Positions 36,096 to 50,240 of a DNA stretch of 64,000 bases are shown here, piece by piece. The stretch comes from Haliotis rubra (Eukaryota): positions 620,001 through 684,000 of the forward strand of contig NW_025767679.1 in assembly GCF_003918875.1 (NCBI RefSeq). The letters run 5' to 3'. A model generated the notes under the pieces. It was not told the origin of the DNA, ran no database searches, and saw nothing but the letters and a program-made list of their open reading frames with translations. A program made the translations under genes and the position numbers. Every line of letters starts with the position of its first letter. Position 1 is the stretch's first letter.

Positions 36096-36613
36096 TGTTG
36101 AGTATGTATTAAGTTATCGTGAATTATATCGTACATATTATTTGAATTGATAGGGGTAGACGTCTGTGTTAGATTCGCATTTGCCTAATAGTCTTCAGAA
36201 GGGAACTGTTGAGTTGTTCTGTAACTGATTTACATGTTTGTATGAACTGGAGAATTTAAGTCTGTTGAGTTTACATGTTGCATTTCGTTTTGGTTACTTA
36301 TAAACAAATTCTGTTTGTAATTTACTGCAGTAAGTCAACTTTTATTGAGAATAATTGATCTCTGATGAAGAAGAATATCATAGCTACAAATTTGTACCCT
36401 TTGTTTGTTGTAGTTCCAAAATATTACAAATTTAGGACTGCTGCCATATTTTATGGAAAGAATTATTCTAAACCAAAAACTTATTCACAAGCAACCAACA
36501 TGCTGGTGTATTACATTGTCCAGTTGTTTCATTAAACAGTTTATACAGGTGATGCATATGGATGCGTCAAGACTCCTTTCATACAGAAACTCATATTAAT
36601 AATCGGACTTAAC

Positions 36614-37057
36614 CAGTGTTTAAAACTCCCAGAATTCCAAGCCAGACAGCCGGACTGGTAACTTTAACAAATTACCAGTACACAAACAAACTTGCCTGTC
36701 CGGTTTTCAACAATGAAAAAGGAAAAAAAAAATCAGGTTTCTGAATACTTTACTGTTTGTAGGCATCGCAATGAACAACATAGCACTAACAGGCAATGCA
36801 CCGAGTTTAGGTAAACTGAAAGTACATGTGATTTGATTGCTTATTGCAAAATGAACTGTCCAATCTTAAATATTTTGACATAATTATCATGATACCTAAA
36901 ACACCTCAAACTGACGACAAGATATTATGAAATATTTACTGTTAGGGGTAAAAACATCTACCAGACCACCGGACAGGTTACTTTTGAATTTGACCGTCCG
37001 AGATGAAAGTTTTTAGACCGTTCAGCATTGTCGGACCGGCGGGAATTTTAAAAGCTG
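36614..37057 (+). mobile_element. Non-autonomous DNA transposon with CAG termini, copy 1
   Basis: TIR CAGTGTTTAAAACTCCC/GGGAATTTTAAAAGCTG, flanks ACTTAAC/TCTTAAC, and an inverted homolog at 56204-56713. Confidence 0.85.
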
Positions 37058-40000
37058 TCTTAACTGAAGAAAATGGTACATCACTGTCCAACATATTTTT
37101 ATCAATAGTATCAAGTTAACAGAATCTCAGACCTGTAGCATATTTTCAGGATGGAACCTGCTGGAGGTGTATGGCTCCATGGGCTCCAGAGGCTCCTTGT
37201 CCATCATGGCTCCCAGATCTGAGGTTGTCTATTACACGCACTGGCCACAACCACATAGCTTTGTCTTGATTTTCAACCCCTATCTGGCATAACACCAGTC
37301 CAGCTTGTGTCCATCCAACTCCAACCAGAGCCTTTAATTGAAAGGATGAAAGAATCTCTCCCAAGATCCCTCTATCTTATCTCCAGTGGATTCTTGAGAC
37401 CGTACTGGCGGAGCTTCTCAATCAATTACCATAATTGAAATAATTGTGCTATTTCTTCTGATGCTTCCAAGGTTGTTTGTGGTCTCTGGTTCTAACTGGA
37501 ATTAACAACAGAATTGGCTAACCGTTATTGGATTATGTGAGACCCAGTTTACTCAGCCTTAACTGTGGACTTCCCTGCAAATATAAAGTTACTGGAATAC
37601 AAATGACGGTCATTTAAGTCACTATGCTGGAGGGACACTTTTTCTGAAAACGACTGCATAGAAAGGTATTTTAAAAAGTAATTAACCGTTCAAGTATAGA
37701 GACAAAAGATGTAGATGAATTGATTTCTTTTGAATGAATATATGTCTCAATTCTTCACTCTTCAATTATTTAAAAGTGATTGGAAGCCTTTTTTGTGTAC
37801 GAAATTTCTTCTTTTGTCTTTTGTTTTCAGATAGTCATGTCTTATCTTATACACATGCTATTCCATTTCATTCTCTTCTTGTTTCAAAGCCCCAAACAGA
37901 AATTATAGAGATTGATATAAAAAAACTTTGGAAAAATGTTGATTTGAAGAAATGCTTCAGAAACAGATAAGAATAAATAAAAAAGTGTTTATGATTTCTA
38001 ACCATTTTCCATACATTTGATTATCCAAACTGTTTATGTGTTGCAATGCCCTTTGCCACAACACATGCCTTGTGGAGAGTCTACTTTAACATACTGTGTA
38101 CATCTAAAGACTCCACTTCAGGGTAGGTCTGTGACTCATAATTGTGGCATATGGTTCTATGTTAATATAGGACTTGAATGCCAGGAAATAACCAGTCTTG
38201 ATTATCGGACAAAACCGGTTCCTTTGAGCTGGAACAACAAAATACTGGTGAAAATTATACAAATGGATCAATGACAATCTGTGATTGCACAAGGTGTTCA
38301 CTAAAAGTTTAAGCATGTCTTGACCCACCAGCAGTGCCTGAGACTCAGACAATTTGCAGACAAAAAGTCCTGCTATGATATCTACCCCAGCATAATGCCT
38401 AATATAGTTCTAATTGATAGAATATAATATATTTAATCCTAACCATGAAGGTAGTGCCTGACCATGAGGAGTGTAGATGACTCTCAAGGTTGAGGGTTGT
38501 AAAGAAGGAATAAGAAAACGAACAGGATTACCTTGAGCATGCCAAATCAGCTTGAGGTCATTGTTACAATGGCATCTTGTGATGACTGGATTGTAAATTT
38601 CTTCCACAAATTAGACAATCTACCATGATAAGTGTCCAGCCGCAGATATCTGTCAGACATATGTTCTGTTTGTGATACCTTGTTAGGGCATTCCACTGGC
38701 AATTGGAAATTGAAACTGAAATAGCAAGGATATTCAAAGAGTCGTTTTTTGTTTTGTCAGATTGTTTGGTTATGTTTTGAAATGGAATGTTGTTCAAATG
38801 ATGTCAGTTTTCATCCTCATTTCTGTATCTGTGTGTGACTTTTCAGAAATGAAATCATTCCATAACTCTATGATGTTTTTGAATAACGGGATTTATTTCC
38901 TGTTCATCAAAGCAAGGAAACAAGTGACAAACACATCGTATGATTGATTATGTTGGATTACCACAATTTACTGGGCTATAAATGTTTGTGTTGTATATGA
39001 CAAGCAATCAACGCCAGGTCAAAGGGTTTAATTGGATCCACTATTGATTACCAATATTTGAACTTATTGTCAGACATTCGAGAGAAAACTAACTGACAGC
39101 AGGATATCGGTGGCATGCTGGGATACTATGTAATCTCAGATCGGGAAATATCGTATCATAGAGACCGACAATTGGACCAGAGAAGCTTGAAGCACAATTT
39201 ATTGCTAAGAACATGGCGCCTATTGGAGATGAGAATGGTAAAGGCTGTCTGATAATGGTATGAACCTGCACACATTTTATAGAAGAACTGGGAGTTTGGT
39301 CCAGATTGGTATATTGATTCTTTACTGGTAAATAACTGTTCTGTCATCACTATTTTGAATCATCATGCAAAAGGAGATTGCTAAACTGCTAGAGTTGTTG
39401 AACACAAAAAGGTATATTTGTAGAGTGTTGAAAGGATTGCTTTCAGTAAAAGGGGCTAAGTGAATGGGAATAACTTTACAAATAAATACAAGGAATGTAT
39501 ATTAAAATTTGTGTAATACATTTTAGCATTGATACAGAAAATCAACCTATGCTTGTTTTGCGAGACTGGTACATGTTCATTTTATAAACTCCTGTTACGT
39601 CATTGATAATGATGGAATTCAGTCCTCAGCTATTGAATGTTCATTTGCATTTGAGTGAATCCTAAAGCACCCATATATTCTGATCACAACAGGATTAGAG
39701 ATGAGTACTGCTGCTGTTTGTGCAATGCTTTAATGAAGGCTCAGTAAAGTAATATCCATACCTTGACATGCTACTTCCATGCTGCTTGATGGATCTGTAA
39801 TCTCATCACTTGCTGCCTGTTTGTTCCTACCTTTCCAAAGGGGTATAATTATGGTGATCTAATTTACCCCAGTAATACACTCTGGCTTGCAATGATCCCC
39901 CTACAGTGTGATGAATGCTTGGACACTGAGGGAACCATTGACCATACATGAGGTCATACTTGGAGTGATTGGGTGGACATTCAGCTGGACTGTTCCTGTA

Positions 40001-40734
40001 TGGGCATCTTATTGGTTTATCTGACATCAATATGCAAACACAGTTTTTGTATCGTTGACACCAGCTTGCAGAATAATTAAGGTATTTGTGAGGATTTCAC
40101 TTTTTAGTTGTATGGTATAGATGTAAACTTTAGGTTTTGCTGGTGGAGAATTAGTTCTCAGCGAAATAATTTGCAGAGAAACAGAATGACATGGTGAATT
40201 CTGATTCCTCTTTGTATGGCGCAGCTGTAACAGTAATTGTATGGATTACTGTGTCCCAGTCAGGATCATCTGGTTGGAGTCCCAGATTTACTTTGAATGT
40301 GACCTTTGGTCTGTTAGGACCTACCTGTGCATATGGGTGTCACTTATGTGGTTAAAATCAGTTTGCATTTTGCTTTATCAATGTACTCTGAAACACTGTT
40401 GACAGTATCATACGTCTCCATCAAATACATCATATTGTAATATGGATCTCACAATCTCAGATGTAATGAAAATGTATATTTATAGAGAAACACTTCAAAT
40501 ATGTTCACAAATAAGGTTTCTGTTTTCATGCCATTAAATATTGTAAGAACAATGTCTCCATTAATACTCTCAGGCAGTGGGTGCTTTGGTTGTGTGGTTT
40601 TGATGAGAACCTTTCAGACTTTGCCATTGCAGTGTATTTGGACATCTTTCAGTCATTACTGGACCTGGCACTAGTTCACCAAGTAAAGGTGTAGGTCTGT
40701 AGCTTTGTAAATCCAGTCAAGGTGTTGGCAGGAG

Positions 40735-41020
40735 ACCTGTAGTTCAGTTCAAGGTGTTGGCAATGTACTTGTATTAATCCAGTTCAAGGCATTGGCATTG
40801 TACCTGCATGAGTCCAGTTCAAGGTTTTGGTGATGTTAGTTTAAGAGTTCAGTTCAAGGAGTTTGCATTGTACCTGCATAAGTCTAGTTCAAGGTTTTGG
40901 TGATGTTAGTTTAGAAGTTCAGTTCAAGGAGTTGGCATTGTACCTGCATGAGTCTAGTTCAAGGTTTTGGTGATGTTAGTTTAGGAGTTCAGTTCAATTT
41001 ATTGGTGATGTACCTTTAGG
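40735..41020. repeat. 35-bp minisatellite with 70-bp higher-order dimer
   Basis: Alternating AGTTCAAGGTTTTGGTGATGTTAGTTT and AGTTCAAGGAGTTGGCATTGTACCTGCAT units. Confidence 0.85.
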
Positions 41021-41436
41021 AGTGTATGGCCACCATTAGCTCAGTTAGGCTTCAAATCCATGTCTCACACTTTTTACAAAAGAAGGTTCACAAATAAATA
41101 GATGTGATACTTTGATGTTAAAGGGTATGAGTAACCTAGTGTAGTACATCCAGTCTGACAGTCAAATAATCAGTGCCCCCATACTTGGAACACCTCCCAT
41201 GACCTAGTGCTCTATGTAAGATGCACATAGTAAGCAAGTCCAACTCAAGACTTCTGACCTTTGCTGGGTTGTGAGTGTTGAGATTCCGACCCCTCCCTTC
41301 ACCACCATCATATGTACACCTTTGTAGTGTTCTCTCTACTTCCAGAATAAGAAAGATAAAACTCCTATCAGTATGGCAATTTCCTATGCTGCACATATCA
41401 ATGAAAGATGTCACATATCATATAGGTGAAGACTGA

Positions 41437-41505
41437 CGGACTGAATTTGGTTTTACGCCGCTTTTAGCAATATTCCAGCAACACAACGGCGGGGGACACC
41501 AGAAA
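41437..41505 (-). mobile_element. SINE family A 3' fragment
   Basis: GGTTTTACGCCGCTTTTAGCAATATTCCAGCAA...GGGGACACCAGAAAT is the reverse complement of the family A 3' half. Confidence 0.85.
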
Positions 41506-44162
41506 TATAGGTGAAGAGGGTAAGGTAGACTGTGTTGTTCAGCTCCTGGTTTCGAATCATGAAGAGATTCATATTTGTAACATATACTAAGTATTAAGTA
41601 AAAACGGAATACTTAGAATGTCATTGATGAAGAATCTTCTTTATAAATGTTCAGAAGATTTTCAAGTGTGAGTTAATTAAATCTAAACAAGGTTATGTTC
41701 CTGGAAGTAATTTGTGTTGTTACTTGGCATTCTGAATCAATCCTACAGAGATTTTAACATATTTTCCTTTAAAAGACACAAGTGGAATTCCCTACCTGTA
41801 AATAAGGACATATGGATGCCAAGTCTTTGAGTGTCTTCCTGTGATATTGCTTTAAATGACTTATACACACTATATCTACATTATTATACCAATACAAATC
41901 ACAAAGGTTAGATTGTCATCTTGGGGTTAAATATGAAAGCTTAAATTCATGGGGATATGTGGTATATATTTGGTATATGTGAAAAAGAAGCACACTTCTA
42001 AACTGACGTCTAATTTCACATTATACTTCATTTTACTGAAAAGTGATGAGAGAGTTTTGAGCTGGAAGCGTGTCACATTAACATGCGATTGGCAGTAGCT
42101 GTTGACTGGTATTTGCTAACAAGCAGTAGACCATGATAGTGGGTTCAGTAATCAGCTCCAGAAATAGCCACCTCCCTCTGGCCATCCACCAGACCTGTGG
42201 TCAGTGTCAGGGGTCAAGGCTATGGCCAAGCTATTTCAGGTGTGTATACTGAGAGGTACATAAATACTTTCAAGATTCCATCAGTGACAGGTTTATTCAC
42301 TGAATAGAGGTTTGCCCATTAAAGTTTAAGTCCAAATTTTTTGAAAATATTATGATGGAAGAAAAGTATCTTCAAAGTGAAATTAGAGGAAAACAACTTT
42401 TATTTTCCGAATTGACTTAAAAAAATAAAAATTTTTTATGAGAAATACAATTTGTCATGTACATTTGATTATATAGTTTCAAAATCTTACTGGTAAATGA
42501 TGTGAATAAATTTTGTTTATACTTGATACATATTTCATGTATCAGTTTGTTTCTTTCTTTAGAGTTAAGCTAAGTTGTTATTTCCCAGTTCTCCCTTGGA
42601 GAGAAGGGGTGATGGAGTAGCCCAGTTATAAAAGACTTTTCTCATCATGCTGAAGGCTTACTTTGTGATATGGGGTAATATTGCCAAAAACAGTGTAAAA
42701 CCATAAAAGTACCTTTTTGTAGTTTCATTTTGTATGTTATACAGGTGTTGATTTTCAATTTTCAGTCCCACTAATTTGTTGTTTAAAACATTGATGTTTT
42801 GTAATCATATTCATTGCTGCAAAGTTGACAAAAATTATTGACACCAGCTATTATAACACAGCTGTCTGTGCCATGTCATATAAACCATACCCAACGGCCA
42901 GTTGATTTGTATCGTAATAAAATCAGCTGACCGACATCCTGTGTATGTAAGTAAGTTATATAATACTGGCAGATAGCACTGACCATATCTTGTTTAGCCA
43001 GTGGCCTGGCATGTGTTACATGCAGTTTCTAGGCCAGTGGTCAAGTGCTTGACCATTAATCAAGGGAGCACATTGACCCTATGTTGGCTCATGTTAAACA
43101 TTGTGCTTCAATATACAAAGGTCTTCAGTGAAAGGTGTAAGTCTTATGCATAGACCAATGTGTTCATTTTAGGTCAATATTAATCACATATGGATTAATT
43201 GTTTGTTTAGAAATTTGAAAAAGATCTGAGGTATCAGCTAAAGAAAGAAGGGAGGACATATAGAATTTCCTTGTCTGTACTCCAGGACGGTAAAAGAATG
43301 TGACGTAGATGAGTAAGTAGCAAAGTGAAAAGGCAGGCATGAAAGTCTAATACTTAGTTTAATATGTCCATCAAAGGCTGGTTTATTTTTCTCTGTGGAC
43401 CACATAACTGTTCAGTTGACATTTTAAACCTGTTGGTCACTCCAGTTGTTTGTATCTGTAGTTAGTCTTCAACAATATTTTCCTGAAACATTGAAAGCAT
43501 GATCATGCTAGTTTTGTAACATATCAGTCATTCAAAGCTCTGTGATCATGTTGTAAAACTGTGGTTATTTAAAACAAATGTAGTTCATATACCTGTAAGT
43601 TTCAAACATAAATGACTGATGTAATAGTGCATGGACATTAATGACACTAGAGGCTTGGTTTAGAAATAAAGTGAAATTTCCCTGACAGATTTCTTATGAA
43701 AAAGTCTGAAATGATGAATCCCAGAAGGGACTAAAGAGCTTGTACAGGTTCAGTCAAACCTGAATAATTGCCTATGAATCATGATGAGTTTAAGTCATCA
43801 CTGTTTAAGTCAGGTAGAATGATTCTGATGTTTGATTTTCAAGTGAAACGTATGTAGCAATGTCATGTTCAAATATGTTCAATTGAAATGTCCATGTTTC
43901 AACAAGTGTTCATATTTGGTTTGAGCTAGCACAGCTAACTATGTGTATGACTAATATACTTATAATAAACTGGAACTGGATATATGGAACTGTTTTGGGG
44001 GTGGCTCCTACCATTTGCAGTATATTTTATTTGAAATGCGTACAATGAAGTATGGTTAAAATAAACTAAAATTAGTGATCACTTTAAGTTGATATAACCG
44101 TAGTTTACTGTACATTATTTGAAAGTGGTAAAAGTTGTGCTGATTCCAAATGTGATGACAGA

Positions 44163-47100
44163 GCTTATTACAGGACTAGATGTGAGATCACTATGTTCTC
44201 TATGCTTATTACAGGACTAGATGTGAAATCACTATGTTCTCTATGCTTATTACAGGACTAGATGTGAAATCACTATGTTCTCTATGCTTATTACAGGACT
44301 AGATGTGAGATCACTATGTTCTCTATGCTTATTACAGGACTAGATGTGAAATCACTATGTTCTCTATGCTTATTACAGGACTAGATGTGAGATCACTATG
44401 TTCTCTATGCTTATTACAGGACTAGATGTGAGATCACTATGTTCTCTATGCTTATTACAGGACTAGATGTGAGATCACTATGTTCTCTATGCTTATTACA
44501 GGACTAGATGTGAGATCACTATGTTCTCTATGCTTATTACAGGACTAGATGTGAGATCACTATGTTCTCTATGCTTATTACAGGACTAGATGTGAGATCA
44601 CTATGTTCTCTATGCTTGTTACAGGACTAGATGTGAGATCACTATGTTCTCTATGCTTATTACAGGACTAGATGTGAAATCACTATGTTCTCTATGCTTA
44701 TTACAGGACTAGATGTGAGATCACTATGTTCTCTATGCTTATTACAGGACTAGATGTGAAATCACTATGTTCTCTATGCTTATTACAGGACTAGATGTGA
44801 GATCACTATGTTCTCTATGCTTATTACAGGACTAGATGTGAGATCACTATGTTCTCTATGCTTATTACAGGACTAGATGTGAGATCACTATGTTCTCTAT
44901 GCTTATTACAGGACTAGATGTGAGATCACTATGTTCTCTATGCTTATTACAGGACTAGATGTGAGATCACTATGTTCTCTATGCTTATTACAGGACTAGA
45001 TGTGAGATCACTATGTTCTCTATGCTTGTTACAGGACTAGATGTGAGATCACTATGTTCTCTATGCTTATTACAGGACTAGATGTGATCACTATGTTCTC
45101 TATGCTTATTCAGGACTAGATGTAGAAATCACTATGTTCTCTATGCTTGTTACAGGACTAGATGTGAAATCACTATGTTCTCTATGCTTATTACAGGACT
45201 AGAGAAATCACTATGTTCTCTATGCTTGTAGATGTGATCACTATGTTCTCTATGCTTGTTACAGGACTAGATGTGAAATCACTATGTTCTCTATGCTTAT
45301 TACAGGACTAGATGTGAAATCACACTCTATGCTTGTTACAGGACTAGATGTGAGATCACTATGTTCTCTATGCTTATTACAGGACTAGATGTGAGATCAC
45401 TATGTTCTCTATGCTTATTACAGGACTAGATGTGAGATCACTATGTTCTCTATGCTTATTACAGGACTAGATGTGATCAATCACTATGTTCTCTATGTTC
45501 TCTATGCTTGTTACAGGATTAGATGTATCACTATGTTCTCTAGGATTACAGGACTAGATGTGAGATCACTATGTTCTCTATGCTTATTACAGGACTAGAT
45601 GTGAGATCACTATGTTCTCTATGCTTATTACAGGACTAGATGTGAAATCACTATGTTCTCTATGCTTACATTACAGGACTAGATGTTCTCTGAAATCACT
45701 ATGTGAGATCTATGTTCTTGTTACAGGACTAGATGTGAGATCACTATGTTCTCTATGCTTATTACAGGACTAGATGTGAGATCACTATGTTCTCTATGCT
45801 TATTACAGGACTAGATGCTTGTGAGATCACTGTATGTTTCTCTATGCAGGACTATTACAGGATGCTTATTAGATGTGAGATCACTATGTTCTCTATGCTT
45901 ATTACAGGACTAGATGTGAGATCACTATGTTCTCTATGCTTATTACAGGACTAGATGTGAGATCACTATGTTCTCTATGCTTATTACAGGACTAGATGTG
46001 AGATCACTATGTTCTCTATGCTTATTACAGGACTAGATGTGAAATCACTATGTTCTCTATGCTTATTACAGGACTAGATGTGAGATCACTATGTTCTCTA
46101 TGCTTATTACAGGACTAGATGTGAGATCACTATGTTCTCTATGCTTATTACAGGACTAGATGTGAGATCACTATGTTCTCTATGCTTATTACAGGACTAG
46201 ATGTGAGATCACTATGTTCTCTATGCTTATTACAAGGACTAGATGTGAGATCACTATGTTCTCTATGCTTATTACAGGACTAGATGTGAGATCACTATGT
46301 TCTCTATGCTTATTACAGGATTACAGGATTAGATGTGAGATCACTATGTTCTCTATGCTTATTACAGGACTAGATGTGAGATCACTATGTTCTCTATGCT
46401 TATTACAGGACTAGATGTGAGATCACTATGTTCTCTATGCTTATTACAGGACTAGATGTGAGATCACTATGTTCTCTATGCTTATTACAGGACTAGATGT
46501 GAGATCACTATGTTCTCTATGCTTATTACAGGACTAGATGTGAGATCACTATGTTCTCTATGCTTATTACAGGACTAGATGTGAGATCACTATGTTCTCT
46601 ATGCTTATTACAGGACTAGATGTGAGATCACTATGTTCTCTATGCTTATTACAGGACTAGATGTGAAATCACTATGTTCTCTATGCTTGTTACAGGACTA
46701 GATGTGAGATCACTATGTTCTCTATGCTTATTACAGGACTAGATGTGAGATCACTATGTTCTCTATGCTTATTACAGGACTAGATGTGAGATCACTATGT
46801 TCTCTATGCTTATTACAGGACTAGATGTGAAATCACTATGTTCTCTATGCTTATTACTTGTTACAGGATCACTATGTTCTCTATGCTTATTACAGGACTA
46901 GATGTGAGATCACTATGTTCTCTATGCTTATTACAGGACTAGATGTGAGATCACTATGTTCTCTTTGTTCTCTATGCTTATTACAGGACTAGATGTGAGA
47001 TCACTATGTTCTCTATGCTTATTACAGGACTAGATGTGAGATCACTATGTTCTCTATGCTTATTACAGGACTAGATGTGAGATCACTATGTTCTCTATGC

Positions 47101-47661
47101 TTATTACAGGACTAGATGTGAGATCACTATGTTCTCTATGCTTATTACAGGACTAGATGTGAGATCACTATGTTCTCTATGTTCTGTGAGATACTGCTTA
47201 TTACAGGACTAGATGTGAGATCACTATGTTCTCTACAGGATGATGTGAGATCACTATGTTCTCTATGCTTGTTACAGGACTAGATGTGAGATCACTTATT
47301 ACAGGACAAGATGTTCTTTGTTCTATGCTTATTACAGGACTAGATGTGAGATCACTGTATTCTATGCTTATTACAGGACTAGATGTGAGATCACTATGTT
47401 CTCTATGCTTATTACAGGACTAGATGTGAGATCACTATGTTCTCTATGCTTATTACAGGACTAGATGTGAGATCACTATGTTCTCTATGCTTATTACAGG
47501 ACTAGATGTGAGATCACTATGTTCTCTATGCTTATTACAGGACTAGATGTGAGATCACTATGTTCTCTATGCTTATTACAGGACTAGATGTGAGATCACT
47601 ATGTTCTCTATGCTTATTACAGGACTAGATGTGAGATCACTGTGTTCTCTACGCTTATTAC
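44163..47661. repeat. 41-bp tandem repeat, about 3.5 kb (about 85 units)
   Basis: Unit GCTTATTACAGGACTAGATGTGAGATCACTATGTTCTCTAT, highly homogeneous with patches of scrambled units. Confidence 0.97.
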
Positions 47662-48386
47662 ATAGTGTGCTGTCATTACCTTGCCTGGATGGTCCCACTT
47701 GATTAATATTGAAACAGGCATCCCTGATGACAGGGATATCACTCAAGTATGCACTGGTCAGTGACATGGGAGTGGACAGCCGGTCCAGCCACTGGACACT
47801 CAATTTCAGCAGTCTGACAATGGAAGATGCATCACTGAATGGACTGTAGTGGAAATCGCGGAGGTGATGATTGTATTGACATTTTAGTACTTAAACTATG
47901 TTGATTTCAGTGAGTCAGTGGTTGAGATTAGACTGGCAATTTGAGCGAATGTGATCGTGTTATTTCACATTATAGATGTGCCAACAGTATGATTCAAACA
48001 TTGGTAAAAGTTACATCATTATTAACAATATTTACAAATATAATCTGGAAATATGTGACACTGACGTGCATATTATCAAATTTGAAAATAGAAACAATAT
48101 AAAATATAAAAAGTTATGGATGATTATCTTTACATTTAGGTGTGAAGTTAACAAGTGTGCCTCAAGCATAGTGACTTGGTTTTATTCTTTTGAAAAGTTT
48201 GATTAGATTCAATTATATTTTAAAAACTAATCATTGAAAATGTACTGACATTTATAGTAAGGAGAATGCTGTGATATCTGTCATGGTTGAAGTGTCAACT
48301 GTAGCTGTACCTCCGACAAACATATCAAAGTGACTTAAAATAGATGAATAACTATTTAACCTTATGTTCATTTTTATGCTATTTAG

Positions 48387-48835
48387 TAGTGTTGGGAATT
48401 GGTTATATTCTCACAATTGATGATTGGTTCATTACAACCGATCAATCATCGAAAATAATTGGTTAGCGTCATTTATGAAATGTTCATGGTTATGTTGTTA
48501 ATGCACCAAAAATATAGAACAAATATGTAGTTCTTTCAGGGTTTTTTCTTTGCAAATTGCACAAAATGCATTAAAAATGTCATCTATTTACAGGATGACT
48601 AGTATGTTAGGAACATAAATTTCCTGGAGTCTTTAAGATAAATTCAATCATGACAAGGAACGAGCTTGTAGTGCTTATGAAATTTAACAAAAACCAACCT
48701 TGTGTAAAATGTGGTTAATGCAAACAAGTGTTTCAAAATTGGATGTGTTCGATTATGAGAAAACATGATCGATTGCTCGGTCGTTTAGTCATTGCGACCA
48801 ATCTTCGATTATTTCAACTAATCGAACCACCACTA
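48387..48835. mobile_element. Non-autonomous hAT-like element
   Basis: TAGTG...CACTA termini, perfect 8-bp TSD CTATTTAG (48379-48386, 48836-48843) and CGATT subterminal motifs. Confidence 0.75.
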
Positions 48836-49395
48836 CTATTTAGGTGACGGAACTCCACTGTTACAAATTTTTCCTGCAACTTTAAATGTGTTTAACGGCT
48901 TAAATATAATTTTATGGAACATGATCCCATGCTAAACTCTGTATGATGAGACAAATGTCTACAAATTGATGAAAGTATTGAGAGAGATGTTGGAGTGAGG
49001 TGAATCTGAAGGCGGAGGCCCAACACCAGATAGTTGGCACTGTGATGAGCAGGGTAAAGATTCCAGGGCCATCTTGACAGCACGTGGCACAGCTTGGCAG
49101 TCACCTCTGGCGGTGGGTAGGTCGGTAGGTAGCACACTGGTCTAACTTACAGGGGCATTTCCTGCATGTCAGTATGCGTGACCTTTGTTACCTAGAGATG
49201 CGGGATATGCCATCAGGTGCTGTGGAGATTTACTGCAGGCTGTGGTTGTATATATACCTTTCTTACATAATACTTGTACTGTTATTCACCATCATACTGA
49301 TCAGTATTTGTGCTCAATTTCAACGGGAAACACATTGAATAAGATTCAGATCGTTCATGTTGAATCATATCACCCTTGATTGTTACTAGACTGTG

Positions 49396-49569
49396 GGGGC
49401 GGTGGGGTAGCCTAGTGGTTAAAGCGTTGGCTCGTCACGCCGAAGACCCGGGTTCAAATCCCCACATGGGTACAAATTCACATGTGTGAAGCCCATTTCA
49501 GATGTCCCCTGCCGTGATGTTGCTGGAATATTGCTAAAAGCGGCGTAAAACCAAAACTCAGTCAGTCAG
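49396..49569 (+). mobile_element. SINE family A, full length
   Basis: A/B boxes and (TCAG)n tail. TSD TACTAGACTGTG/TACCAGACTGTG with 1 mismatch. Confidence 0.92.
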
Positions 49570-49604
49570 TACCAGACTGTGTCTGTGTGTATACAATATA
49601 TATA

Positions 49605-49761
49605 TATACTGGGAGAAACAAATAAAGGAACACAGGAAAATTCAAACATTCCTTTAATATTTTCCAGGTTTCATCATCACAGTGCTGTGGGAGGAAATCT
49701 GAAAATAAATAAAGGAACACTGCCATGAAGTGGTGTTCCCTTATTTGTTTCCCTCAGTATA
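49605..49761. mobile_element. TA-flanked MITE related to 34453-34617
   Basis: TATACTGGGAGAAACAAATAAAGGAACAC/GTGTTCCCTTATTTGTTTCCCTCAGTATA, inserted in a (TA)n run. Confidence 0.8.
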
Positions 49762-50076
49762 TATCCATAGTTGAATGACTGCATTTACTGATTTAGTCCT
49801 TTTTCATTCAGGTGTTTGATAGAGAAATACTGTTTATTCGTAAAACGAAAAACAATGTGACCTTAACGCTAAGGTGATTGTAATTCCCATACCTTAACAC
49901 AGACATGCAACAGTTGGAGCGCTAAGATTGTTCAGTACAATACCACCCATACAATTGTTCCACAAAGTGATGTATGTGATAATATTGGTGTGAATGTTAA
50001 ATTATGGGAATCCTGATAATACAGTGCTAACAGGCACAGGATTTTGTCTGGGCATTGTGTACAATTTAAATGTCAT

Positions 50077-50240
50077 AGGGGCTGTAGGGTAGCCTAGTGG
50101 TTAAAGCGTTAAGGTGTCATGCTGAAGACCCGGGTTCGATTCCCCACATGGGTACAATGTGTGAAGCCCATTTCTGGTGTCCCTTGCCATGATATTACAG
50201 GAATATTGCTAAAAGCTGCGTAAAACCATGCTCACTCGCT
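50077..50240 (+). mobile_element. SINE family A
   Basis: GGGTAGCCTAGTGGTTAAAGCG...GGTTCGATTCCCCACATGGG...GCGTAAAACC and CTCACTC tail. Confidence 0.9.

Noticed and set aside
44163-47661. CRISPR-like appearance of the tandem arrays
   Set aside because: Units are head-to-tail with no unique spacers, there are no cas genes, and the context is eukaryotic.
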